Below are positions 29,839-38,457 of a stretch of DNA of 64,000 nt, one piece after another (the first letter of the stretch is position 1; each line of letters opens with the position of its first letter). The position numbers and the translations under genes are program-made. Below the pieces are notes generated by a model, which was given only the letters and a program-made list of their open reading frames with translations, was not told the origin of the DNA and did not search any database. This DNA comes from Candidatus Saccharimonadota bacterium (GTDB lineage: Bacteria > Patescibacteriota > Saccharimonadia > Saccharimonadales > JAGQNK01). Location: contig JAGQNK010000011.1 of NCBI GenBank assembly GCA_020428105.1, positions 22,203 to 86,202 on the forward strand, in the 5' to 3' direction.

Positions 29839-30969
29839 TTACATAACTAGACTTAAGCGTACTTCCTGAAACCTATACATAGGCCATAGATCGTCGAATA
29901 CACCAAATGCCAGAGCTACGGCTTCAACATCCGCCGCCCTCAAACTACCTGAGGCTTTATTCATGCAATGACGTGTAAATACGTCCGGGCTTTTTATTAG
30001 TGACATATCTCGTAACTCCGATGGTGTAGCATCGGTTATAAAGTGTCGAGCCAAACGAAATTGTGCTGAAATCTGCAAAATTCTGCTTTGGTCTTTGGGC
30101 TGATCAAACTCAGCAATAGCGTCGGATAGTGTTGGCTCATGCTGGGATAGTTCTATCGCATCCATGACTCTTTGCTCACGGTCAATGCTTTCACTCTCGG
30201 TCACTGTCTCATAATGTTGCCGTGATAAATCCTGAAACTTTGATAGCGATCCATAATTTGAGTAGATGGCTTGGCGCGAAGGACCCAAGCCTGCTGCTGA
30301 TACGTTATCAAGATTCCTTGCAGTAATCGTAGCGTCCGGGTTCTGTCGATAGAATGCTACAGACCAGTCCATATAATCATCGTCCACCCATCCTCGGCAA
30401 CTAGGGTAGCCAATAAGCTCATGGAAGATCGCTAGACGACCAAACCTACCCTTTACTTCATCGACTGTTGGAAAATCGCCCAAGTTACTGAACTCACCTT
30501 TTCCTGCAGCCTGTATATCAAACCGTGTGGGCCGACCTCCAACAATGCGTGCAAGGCGTTTGCCTGCCAATACATAATCCGCCTTCATCCAATCCTGAAA
30601 ACGAAATTTTGGTCGAAAACCCAAGTTAGACTGAATTTTGGACAATGTCGTCCTTTCATAAATAGCCTTCTGGCTAGGCACCAGCCCGAGCTTTGATGCT
30701 CTATCTATGCTAACGCGAAGTGGCGGTTTATCGACCGAGGGATCCAATGCCAGAACATCTACTAAAGGACGAAATAATTCGGCAAACGCTCCCTCCTTCA
30801 GGCCATCGTATCGTACTTGTGCCCTACGATTATTCGTAACAATCTCTACCGTTTCGTCCAATATAACCCTGGCCAATGTCTGACGAATTTCTTCGCTCAT
30901 CTCTGGAACAATTCCAGGTGCTGCTTCAAAGCCAGGTATCTCCTGTCGAATATCAAATACCTCTGACAT
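29839..30969 (-). CDS. hypothetical protein (376 aa) with two HTH-like repeats
   Basis: An internal repeat (KLGLVPSQKAIYERTTLSKIQSNLGF / AAGLGPSRQAIYSNYGSLSKFQDL) resembles tandem HTH DNA-binding motifs. Confidence 0.4.
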   Translation of the reverse strand: MSEVFDIRQEIPGFEAAPGIVPEMSEEIRQTLARVILDETVEIVTNNRRAQVRYDGLKEGAFAELFRPLVDVLALDPSVDKPPLRVSIDRASKLGLVPSQKAIYERTTLSKIQSNLGFRPKFRFQDWMKADYVLAGKRLARIVGGRPTRFDIQAAGKGEFSNLGDFPTVDEVKGRFGRLAIFHELIGYPSCRGWVDDDYMDWSVAFYRQNPDATITARNLDNVSAAGLGPSRQAIYSNYGSLSKFQDLSRQHYETVTESESIDREQRVMDAIELSQHEPTLSDAIAEFDQPKDQSRILQISAQFRLARHFITDATPSELRDMSLIKSPDVFTRHCMNKASGSLRAADVEAVALAFGVFDDLWPMYRFQEVRLSLVM

Positions 30970-31017
30970 AAACTATATTATACTATAATATGTAACACTT
31001 TACGAATAGTCTTATGG

Positions 31018-31671
31018 CTACCGTCTTGACAGCTTATTGTAGTTTTGGCGAAGTTCAGAATTAATCTTCTTATAATCATATTTTTCTACGTAGTCCCAAG
31101 CCTGAACATATGGCTTGCCCCATGAATCCTCGTGTTTTTTGCTATACTGTTTGTCTAGCTCTAGTCTTTTTGGCTCCTTCAGAATATCTAGATAAACTGC
31201 CTTTAAGCCAGCATGGACTGGAATATGCACCAACGTATTGAAGTCATGCTCTTTACCAAACAGTCGTCTCCATTCGTCGCCAAGTGCAGTCCCGTCGCCC
31301 ATCAGGTATTTGTTATTGGTCGTAAACAATCTATGTAGCAATTCGTGGGTTAATGTGTCCACAAATTCATCAGGATCATGCTTCACACCAATCACCAATG
31401 GATCACTAAACGCCCCAAACCAAGGCGCAACATACACATCAATTAAGTTCTGAAAGAACTCCAGATCGTACAGCTCGCACACACCTTCTAAAACTCTAGT
31501 TTCATACCTTTCCCAAGATTTACGATATGCCTCAACAACCTTTTTCATGTGTTCATCGTCTGCAAGGACGTCACCTTCTTTAGACCAAAGCTCATGAAGA
31601 TACTGCGAAGCGTTTTGGCGCAACAACCAAGCGTCTTTGATACGGATTTTTGGATAATTACCTACACTCAT
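31018..31671 (-). CDS. HExxH-motif protein (possible Zn-dependent hydrolase)
   Basis: LTHELLHRLF is the only HExxH in the protein. It overlaps the upstream gene by 4 nt, indicating an operon. Confidence 0.4.
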   Translation of the reverse strand: MSVGNYPKIRIKDAWLLRQNASQYLHELWSKEGDVLADDEHMKKVVEAYRKSWERYETRVLEGVCELYDLEFFQNLIDVYVAPWFGAFSDPLVIGVKHDPDEFVDTLTHELLHRLFTTNNKYLMGDGTALGDEWRRLFGKEHDFNTLVHIPVHAGLKAVYLDILKEPKRLELDKQYSKKHEDSWGKPYVQAWDYVEKYDYKKINSELRQNYNKLSRR

Positions 31672-32261
31672 ACTGATCTTTCGTCGGGTTTTGGAATACC
31701 AAATCTCTGTCTCAATACCGCTAATCTATTTTCAAATGATTCTTCTAGGTCAAATTGCGCACGATTAGATTGTACGATAGCACATTGTATCAAGAGTGCT
31801 GCGGCATCACTGAGCGAATGGTCGCGCGCGGCAAGTGCCGCTTCATGGGTACTCCTGTGGTCTTCGTCGTGCAGTTGGCGAGCCAGCACACCACTCGCTC
31901 GCACAAAACTAGCAAGGGTGAAATACGATTCACTCAAAGTATATAATCCCAGAGTTTTCGCAGTCTTGTGCGCAGAACTTTGCTTGTCTGTTGGTACTAC
32001 CTGATCAAGAGACAAGCCACCCCATCGAGCAATTCTCAATCCATATTGCATCGCGTCGGGTGCTATTTCATCCCGAACAATTTCAAGTTTGGTAAAATCT
32101 TTTCTTGCCATAACATCAGCAAGATGGAAACCAACATGACATAAGTTTGCTTCGGGTGTTTTAGGATTTGATCCTTCCGGATCACCCTCCCAGCCGTTTT
32201 GACTTACGTCATAGACTCGTAGACTATCCGCCATTCTGGCAAGAGCTTCGACTTTTAGCAT
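31668..32261 (-). CDS. hypothetical protein, weakly MazG-like NTP pyrophosphohydrolase fold
   Basis: The C-terminal DLEESFENRLAVLRQRFG resembles the MazG family C-terminus. Overlaps glyQS by 7 nt and the next gene by 4 nt. Confidence 0.3.
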   Translation of the reverse strand: MLKVEALARMADSLRVYDVSQNGWEGDPEGSNPKTPEANLCHVGFHLADVMARKDFTKLEIVRDEIAPDAMQYGLRIARWGGLSLDQVVPTDKQSSAHKTAKTLGLYTLSESYFTLASFVRASGVLARQLHDEDHRSTHEAALAARDHSLSDAAALLIQCAIVQSNRAQFDLEESFENRLAVLRQRFGIPKPDERSV

Positions 32262-33601
32262 AGCTTTGCTTCTAGATCTGTAATCTTGATACGTTCTTGT
32301 TTGGTGGTGTCACGATTTCGGATGGTTACAGTGTCGTCCTCAAGGGTATCGAAATCTACTACAACACAATACGGTGTGCCAATCTCATCTTGGCGACGGT
32401 AGCGCTTACCGATGTTGCCGTTATCGTCCCACATAACATTACCAAACTCGTTCTTTAGAGTTTTATACACTTCTTGAGCCTTTTGCACCAACTCTGGCTT
32501 GTTCTTGAGCAGTGGCGAAACAGCTGCACGGTATGGAGCAAGCTCTGGCTTCAACTTCAGTACCACTCGTTTATCGCCGTTGATATCTTCTTCATGGTAT
32601 GCGTCCGTCATAACAGCCAAGAACATGCGACCAACACCAACCGACGACTCAATTACATACGGCAGGAAGCGTTCGCGCGTAGCATCATTAAAATACTGCA
32701 AGTCCTTACCGCTCACCCGCTGATGGTTACTCAAATCGTAATCCGTACGATTGTGAGTACCCCACAACTCTTTAAATCCTTGCGGGAAGTTAAAATAAAT
32801 GTCATGCGCAGCTGCTGCATAATGTGCTCTTTCATTCTCTGCATGTTCATGCCATTGCAGATTCTGCTTATCGATACCTAGTCGTTCCGTCAGGAATTTC
32901 CAAGCAAACTCACGCCATTCTTCATATGCCTGATCCTGGTTTTCTGGATGAATGAAATATTGCATTTCCATTTGCTCAAGTTCGCGTACTCGAAATATAA
33001 AGTCTCGTGGACTAATCTCATTACGAAACGCTTTACCAATCTGCGCCACTCCAAAAGGCAATTTTGCGCGCATAGTTTCACGAACATTTTCATAATTGGT
33101 GAATATCGAGCCGGCTGTCTCGGGACGCAAATACGCTACAGACGAATCATCCTCAATTGGGCCAACCCATGTTTTCATCATCATATTGTATGTTCGTGGC
33201 TCAGTCAGGGATTTTTTACCACACGCCGGGCAGACCTTATCCTTGAGCAACACTTTCAGCTCAGCCAAATCCGTTGAATCCGTGCCTGCCAAATGATCGG
33301 CTCGATGCCTTGCCCCGCAGTTTTTGCAATCGACAAGTGGGTCGGTAAATCCAGCCACATGACCACTCGCCTCCCAAAGCTTGGGGTTCTGTATGATTGC
33401 TCCGTCAACGCCGTAAATATTATCGTTTTCGCTGACCATAGCCTTCCACCACTCGGCTTTGATTCTATTAACAATCTCGACACCAAGCGGACCATAATCC
33501 CAAAAACCTGCCAGACCTCCGTATATCTCTGAGGCCTGAAATACAAACCCACGTCTTTTACACAAGCTAACAATATCTTCCATTGAAACATCCTTACTCA
33601 T
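32255..33601 (-). CDS. glyQS: glycine--tRNA ligase (dimeric alpha2-type)
   Basis: MSKDVSMEDIVSLCKRRGFVFQASEIYGGLAGFWDYGPLG N-terminus, class II motifs, 448 aa. Confidence 0.9.
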   Translation of the reverse strand: MSKDVSMEDIVSLCKRRGFVFQASEIYGGLAGFWDYGPLGVEIVNRIKAEWWKAMVSENDNIYGVDGAIIQNPKLWEASGHVAGFTDPLVDCKNCGARHRADHLAGTDSTDLAELKVLLKDKVCPACGKKSLTEPRTYNMMMKTWVGPIEDDSSVAYLRPETAGSIFTNYENVRETMRAKLPFGVAQIGKAFRNEISPRDFIFRVRELEQMEMQYFIHPENQDQAYEEWREFAWKFLTERLGIDKQNLQWHEHAENERAHYAAAAHDIYFNFPQGFKELWGTHNRTDYDLSNHQRVSGKDLQYFNDATRERFLPYVIESSVGVGRMFLAVMTDAYHEEDINGDKRVVLKLKPELAPYRAAVSPLLKNKPELVQKAQEVYKTLKNEFGNVMWDDNGNIGKRYRRQDEIGTPYCVVVDFDTLEDDTVTIRNRDTTKQERIKITDLEAKLC

Positions 33602-33661
33602 TGGTGCGAATTATACGACAATTCTTCTCTGTTGTCATTACTATTCAATGGCTAGCGTCTA

Positions 33662-34312
33662 TCAAGCAGGATCCTTGTACTGCAATTCATATTGCTTAAT
33701 CAAGGCATTGATGTCATCCGCAGAATTTTGTGACTTGTGGTATACGGACCGGAACAGTGATTCGTCTGGAACAACATCATCAATCGTCTCGCCAACTGTC
33801 GCAACTAACTTCTGCTGGTCTTGTAGCGCAAACGTACCCATTGGAACAGCATCAAAGCTGTTGAAGTGACCACACATGCGTTGCTCAATACGTCCCTGCT
33901 TCAAATATCTCGCATGTTGTGCTACGGCTCGCCATCGCAACGAGCCTCCAGAGTCCAGCCAAAAACAATCTATCGCTCCATGACCAATCATTATCATGTC
34001 AGACACTTCCCTGTCTTCTAAATCTTGGACGATATCAAGACCTATAGCCGATCTTCTAATCTCCACTCCGCCGTAGTATCCCTCACGCAAATCAGCGATT
34101 GCATCTGCCTCTTCATGAAATGCATCACGCTGAACTTCAGCAGTATATTGACTGTACTTAAATACACGGTTAGAAACCACGATTACCAGCTTACCTATGC
34201 GGCTCGGCAGAGATACATCACCGTTGTCTAACTTCTTGTCATGCTCCTTAACTGCTCGTCTTAATCTAGCGTTGAACCTTCTTACATGCTTTTCAGTTGG
34301 AATATCAGACAT
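33662..34312 (-). CDS. hypothetical protein (216 aa)
   Basis: ORF inserted between recO and glyQS. There is an MIMIGHGAIDCFWLDSGGS segment with a possible His/Cys pair. Confidence 0.35.
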   Translation of the reverse strand: MSDIPTEKHVRRFNARLRRAVKEHDKKLDNGDVSLPSRIGKLVIVVSNRVFKYSQYTAEVQRDAFHEEADAIADLREGYYGGVEIRRSAIGLDIVQDLEDREVSDMIMIGHGAIDCFWLDSGGSLRWRAVAQHARYLKQGRIEQRMCGHFNSFDAVPMGTFALQDQQKLVATVGETIDDVVPDESLFRSVYHKSQNSADDINALIKQYELQYKDPA

Positions 34313-34380
34313 GACAAACTACACCAGAAATATTTTAGAGTTAATTTGTATATTTTAATACATTCGTCCTAGTTTACAAC

Positions 34381-35076
34381 TTATAAGTGTACGTGTGTAT
34401 CGGCAAGGGATGTGACAAGCCTCAAAACCAATCCTGTATACTGTGACGCATCAGCTATATTTTTAAGAACCAGTGGGTGATCGACCGAGTGCGATAATCT
34501 CATAAGTTTAATGTGCCTTGAGTCATAGGGAGCGTTGTGCCGAAACTTGAACGCCATTTGATCGAAATCAAATTCATATTTGCCAAACCGATCTAATGGA
34601 TTGGCATCCACATCTGTTTGTAAATTTGGCGCGTGCCCCGCTATATGCAATAGCTGCATACAAAACCAGAGCTCTATCAATTCAATAGCAAGCTCACCAT
34701 CATCCAAAGCTTGTAGCGTACGTTGCAATAGCCAATAATAGTCTTCGTCCGAGGCGTCCTCTGTTGTTCGGTTAACTTTTTTTAACAAATCATAAGCAAA
34801 CATGGTGCGCTGCATATCGGTAACTATGTTACCGTAATGCGAAATCAGACGTGATGAAATAACCGTACCAAGATCTCCTTTGCTAGAGAAAATAGTAAGA
34901 TTATTGGTACTCAGCAACTCTATACCACCGGCCAACTTTGATTTTGGGCGACGCACCCCTTTGGCTATTGCCTTAATTTTGCCATTATCAGGTGTGAGTA
35001 CTGTGACAATTCTGTCCGCCTCACCAAAATCTATTCGAGAAAGTATTATTCCTTCGGTTACTAACTGATTTTTCAT
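34381..35076 (-). CDS. recO: DNA repair protein RecO
   Basis: N-terminal OB-fold pattern EGIILSRIDFGEADRIVTVLTPDNGKIKAIAKGVRRPKSKL. Confidence 0.85.
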   Translation of the reverse strand: MKNQLVTEGIILSRIDFGEADRIVTVLTPDNGKIKAIAKGVRRPKSKLAGGIELLSTNNLTIFSSKGDLGTVISSRLISHYGNIVTDMQRTMFAYDLLKKVNRTTEDASDEDYYWLLQRTLQALDDGELAIELIELWFCMQLLHIAGHAPNLQTDVDANPLDRFGKYEFDFDQMAFKFRHNAPYDSRHIKLMRLSHSVDHPLVLKNIADASQYTGLVLRLVTSLADTHVHL

Positions 35077-35441
35077 ACTACACTCGGCGCCAAGTCCTTC
35101 ACTACGCTTACCAAGCGTGTCAAGCTAGTGGTTGGTTTGTACAAACAGTCTACTATATTGAGGCCGAACAACTGTTCCTTGCTTGGAATGGAGGCCAATG
35201 TATGCAGAACTATCGGTATATGCTGCCAGTCTACATAGGAGCAAAATTCATATAAAAAACCAACACCACCATGTCCCGGAAGCTGTAACTCAAGAATCAC
35301 TACGTCTGGTTTATTTGTATCTGCCAAAACGATCGCCTCTTGACCGGCTCTAGCCCATTGCACTACGATGCCGTTGCGCTGTAAATGTTTTTTATATACT
35401 GCGCCAAGAATTTTGTCAGGCTCTATTAACAGTAAGTTCAT
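35073..35441 (-). CDS. receiver (REC) domain protein with Glu at the phospho-acceptor position (pseudo-receiver)
   Basis: CheY-like fold (LLLIEPD, HTL, YKP). The conserved DxxxLD is replaced by DVVILELQLPG. Overlaps recO by 4 nt. Confidence 0.55.
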   Translation of the reverse strand: MNLLLIEPDKILGAVYKKHLQRNGIVVQWARAGQEAIVLADTNKPDVVILELQLPGHGGVGFLYEFCSYVDWQHIPIVLHTLASIPSKEQLFGLNIVDCLYKPTTSLTRLVSVVKDLAPSVV

Positions 35442-36157
35442 AACAAGACCAGCTGAGCACTAGGGTTTAGAGTTGCTGCAAACCCCGATAACGTATTATG
35501 ACGCACGGTTCGTAGTGGCGCTTCCATCGCCCTCATTAATGTATCAGCAACAAAAATGCTCGCTCCATTTCCGCCAATTAATGATGGCATCGTCTGACGC
35601 GTGGCTCCAAATAACGCATGTCCGCGCCTAAATGTGTCAGCACTTAATCCTGGCTGATTATCAAATACCCCTGCTACTATGCCATTAGTATTTTTGTATG
35701 CAGTCAAAACGACTTTATGCTGGCTACTTCCGTTGGAGCGTGCGCTAATCAAACCATAGCCCAGTAATGTCATCGCATACTCCAGGCTTTCTCTGTGCGC
35801 CATGACTGGACCGTATTTACCTTCTATACTCAACCGCAGGTCACAATCATTTTGTGTAGCAATGAAAGACAGTTTATGTGCCGTATCATTCAAAACTGAA
35901 GACAGGGATACGGGCTCTAGTGGGAAAGTTTGCTGACTGCGTAAGTCAGCGCTAAGCAAAAAAGCATCGAGCAAACCCAGAGCCATGTCTGCAATATTGC
36001 CAATACTTGCCAGACCCGACCCATCATTAGATTCTTTGGCAAATTCTGCCATTCGGGCGATTTGTATTAACGGCAACTTCAATTGCTCCGTCAATGCCCT
36101 TAGCAATCTAATGTCTTGTGCCGAACTATCCAAAGCCCTTCCCTCGCTCAATAGCAA
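35438..36157 (-). CDS. histidine-kinase-like protein lacking the phospho-His (HisKA-like + degenerate HATPase_c), cytoplasmic
   Basis: The H-box is replaced by TEQLKLPLIQI (Gln at the His position). X-box-like and G1/G2-like (FDNQPGLSAD, GGNGASIFVAD) segments are present. No TM segment. Overlaps the REC gene by 4 nt. Confidence 0.45.
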   Translation of the reverse strand: MLLSEGRALDSSAQDIRLLRALTEQLKLPLIQIARMAEFAKESNDGSGLASIGNIADMALGLLDAFLLSADLRSQQTFPLEPVSLSSVLNDTAHKLSFIATQNDCDLRLSIEGKYGPVMAHRESLEYAMTLLGYGLISARSNGSSQHKVVLTAYKNTNGIVAGVFDNQPGLSADTFRRGHALFGATRQTMPSLIGGNGASIFVADTLMRAMEAPLRTVRHNTLSGFAATLNPSAQLVLL

Positions 36158-36237
36158 AATTATATCATTGTTTGGACAATAAGTTTGTTCGGTCGTAAAG
36201 TATTATTTATAACACTTGGGTGAGTATCTATGGATCT

Positions 36238-37032
36238 CTATGGTGTAAATATGAGGTTCTTAAGCACAATATCATTAAAGTCTTTGCCAAAACTTTCACC
36301 AGATAAGGTAGATATACGGATCGTCTTATCTCGAAGAGGGAACAAGACCGTACTTCCTTGCATGTCTTTTTCTATCTCGCCATCCAAACGGGCACCCAAT
36401 ACAGATTGAACTCGCCCAGCTTTGTATGGCGAAACCTTCACAGACCCCTTCTTTGCGTCGCTATCGTATGTAGACAAGACTCGATCATAGGGCTGTTCTA
36501 TTACTTCCAGTCGCAACGCAAATGCAGTGCCGGATTTTGGTCCAGGAACAAAATCAGGATGGAAGTATCCATTGACAGGAGTACCTCCGTCACCTTCAGT
36601 AACCGTCGCCGACCAAGTTTTTGGATAAGTAATCTCAACAGCACCGAAAGTTGCCGGCCCCTTATACTTCTTGTTTGGATCTTTGGATCGTTCCTCAAAT
36701 TCCTTTTCTTTCACGGCTTTAGTTTCTTCTACAGCTTGCTCAACCGCTGCCGAAACCTTCTTGTCTACATTATTCTTGTAATCTTGCATTTGTGCATATG
36801 CCCAAAAACCAAAGCCACTAGACCCCAAAAACCCAAGGACAAAAATTATCAGAGCGATTATCAAACCCCAAGGATGATGTTTCTTTTGCTCGGACGCGGA
36901 TACTCCTATCTGTGGGTACTGGGCTGGTGGCGCCTGCATAAGTTGCTGACCTGCTGGCGGCAGACCAGGACTTGGTGGCATAGCTTGTATTGGTGCCTGT
37001 TGAGGTTGCTGAAACTGATTATCTGGATTCAT
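36238..37032 (-). CDS. membrane-anchored protein with a Pro/Gln-rich N-terminus
   Basis: Low-complexity PQ-rich N-terminus, a single TM segment (WGLIIALIIFVLGFLG), and an extracytoplasmic domain. Confidence 0.4.
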   Translation of the reverse strand: MNPDNQFQQPQQAPIQAMPPSPGLPPAGQQLMQAPPAQYPQIGVSASEQKKHHPWGLIIALIIFVLGFLGSSGFGFWAYAQMQDYKNNVDKKVSAAVEQAVEETKAVKEKEFEERSKDPNKKYKGPATFGAVEITYPKTWSATVTEGDGGTPVNGYFHPDFVPGPKSGTAFALRLEVIEQPYDRVLSTYDSDAKKGSVKVSPYKAGRVQSVLGARLDGEIEKDMQGSTVLFPLRDKTIRISTLSGESFGKDFNDIVLKNLIFTP

Positions 37033-37049
37033 ATAATACTTATGCTATC

Positions 37050-37559
37050 CTATGTTTTCTTACTCGGCAAGTAATTATAGAGATAAACACCGTCTTTTTC
37101 TTCTTGAATCTTCTTGTCTGGTATCTTGAATGCAAAGCTTACCAATTTAACCTTTTGTTCAGGATAATTCTGAATAATCTTTTTATCCAACTTTTTCATA
37201 TATCTGTCCAGTAGGAAAACGTAGATACCGTCTGCCCTAGGCCATACAAACCACCAAAAATTGCCCCAAATAATCTTTATATATTTTCGGTAACGCCATG
37301 TCCTTAAACGACTATATAACACAAGCAATGGATTTAGTTCGTAGCCGATAGCCTTCAGACCTTTTTCTGCCGCTGCCAGCAACACCCTGCCGTCACCACT
37401 CCCCAACTCAATAAGAGTTTGTCCTGGCTCCAAATCCAATAGCTCAAGAGCCGCGAGCTTTTGTTTACCTAGCGTTGGAAGATACGGCGCGCCAAAAAAA
37501 ACAACAAAACCAAACAAAAGAACCAGCCACACAAGAACCAAGAATATATACAGCAACAT
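37050..37559 (-). CDS. small class I SAM-dependent methyltransferase with an N-terminal TM segment
   Basis: Motif I LIELGSGDGRVLL. N-terminal hydrophobic helix. Confidence 0.55.
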   Translation of the reverse strand: MLLYIFLVLVWLVLLFGFVVFFGAPYLPTLGKQKLAALELLDLEPGQTLIELGSGDGRVLLAAAEKGLKAIGYELNPLLVLYSRLRTWRYRKYIKIIWGNFWWFVWPRADGIYVFLLDRYMKKLDKKIIQNYPEQKVKLVSFAFKIPDKKIQEEKDGVYLYNYLPSKKT

Positions 37560-37561
37560 TG

Positions 37562-37774
37562 CTAACTTGACACCTTTTTTTCCCAGTCGGTCTTAAGCTT
37601 AGACACTCTTATCTCTGCTTTATTTATATAAGTTATCAATTCATCTGCAACACGCAAGCCATCTTTATGCAACTTAAGGGATTCGTCAATTTCTATACCC
37701 TCTTTTTGCATTCTGGCAATAATATCTTCTAGAGCCTGCTTTGACTTTGAATACGAAAACTTATTATCTGCCAC
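37562..37774 (-). CDS. xseB: exodeoxyribonuclease VII small subunit
   Basis: 70 aa. The pattern ALEDIIARMQKEGIEIDESLKLHKDGLRVADEL...AEIRVSKL matches XseB. Confidence 0.8.
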   Translation of the reverse strand: MADNKFSYSKSKQALEDIIARMQKEGIEIDESLKLHKDGLRVADELITYINKAEIRVSKLKTDWEKKVSS

Positions 37775-37857
37775 ACAAACAATTATACATCATCGAGACT
37801 TAGTCATAATGGAAACCAAATCTTCAAAACCATAGAAATCGAAATATTAATTATAAA

Positions 37858-38064
37858 CTATGCTTTTTTAGTTCCGCCGTAAGCACTTGAGCCGTAACCA
37901 CTGTCAGAAATTTGCCTTGGTGGAGAATGCAGTTGTGACAGTGACTTAAGTAATCCACTAATACCAAATACAATTAGTAAGCTAGAGCCTACATATTGGA
38001 CAAACTCTTTTCGTGACATTTCTTTTTCGAATAGTTCGTTAATGTGTTCTTTGATCATTTTCAT
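37858..38064 (-). CDS. small membrane protein (68 aa), uncertain
   Basis: ORF with a single TM segment. Confidence 0.25.
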   Translation of the reverse strand: MKMIKEHINELFEKEMSRKEFVQYVGSSLLIVFGISGLLKSLSQLHSPPRQISDSGYGSSAYGGTKKA

Positions 38065-38145
38065 TCTTTTTTTTTAATTTACTTCGATGATCATTACTAT
38101 AGCTTATGCTTAATAAGTTTGCAAGTTCATTTTTGATGATTTATT

Positions 38146-38454
38146 ATGAAGCTTATGATAATGACAAAACACAAAACTTCAATTATTCAATTGATATTAA
38201 TTACTCTTGTTGCGACAAGCATGATGTTCGTCACATTCAGTACTGTTTCTGCGGCTAATTACAACTGTGGTGCATACGGAGCTGGTTCTTACAACAATGG
38301 TACCTGTACAACCGATAATGTGCCAGCAAGCAACAACGAATCTGGTCTAATAAACACTGGTCAAGCTTTGAGTATTGCAATTCCCGCCATACTCATACTC
38401 GTTGGCACAACGTCATTATACGTACTCAGCAAAAAACGTAAAACGCATAAATAG
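38146..38454 (+). CDS. small secreted protein with a sortase-substrate-like C-terminus (LINTG + TM segment + KKRKTHK)
   Basis: N-terminal signal peptide (...FSTVSA/AN). The C-terminus GLINTGQALSIAIPAILILVGTTSLYVLSKKRKTHK has sorting-signal architecture. Confidence 0.4.
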   Translation: MKLMIMTKHKTSIIQLILITLVATSMMFVTFSTVSAANYNCGAYGAGSYNNGTCTTDNVPASNNESGLINTGQALSIAIPAILILVGTTSLYVLSKKRKTHK

Positions 38455-38457
38455 TCT

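Noticed and set aside
32474-33591. Several 66-135-aa ORFs antisense to glyQS
   Set aside because: They overlap a confident core gene on the opposite strand, which is typical antisense noise.
36358-37074. 238-aa plus-strand ORF
   Set aside because: It lies entirely antisense to the better-supported minus-strand membrane protein gene (36238-37032) and has a low-complexity, Cys/Leu-rich translation, so it is probably an ORF-caller artefact.
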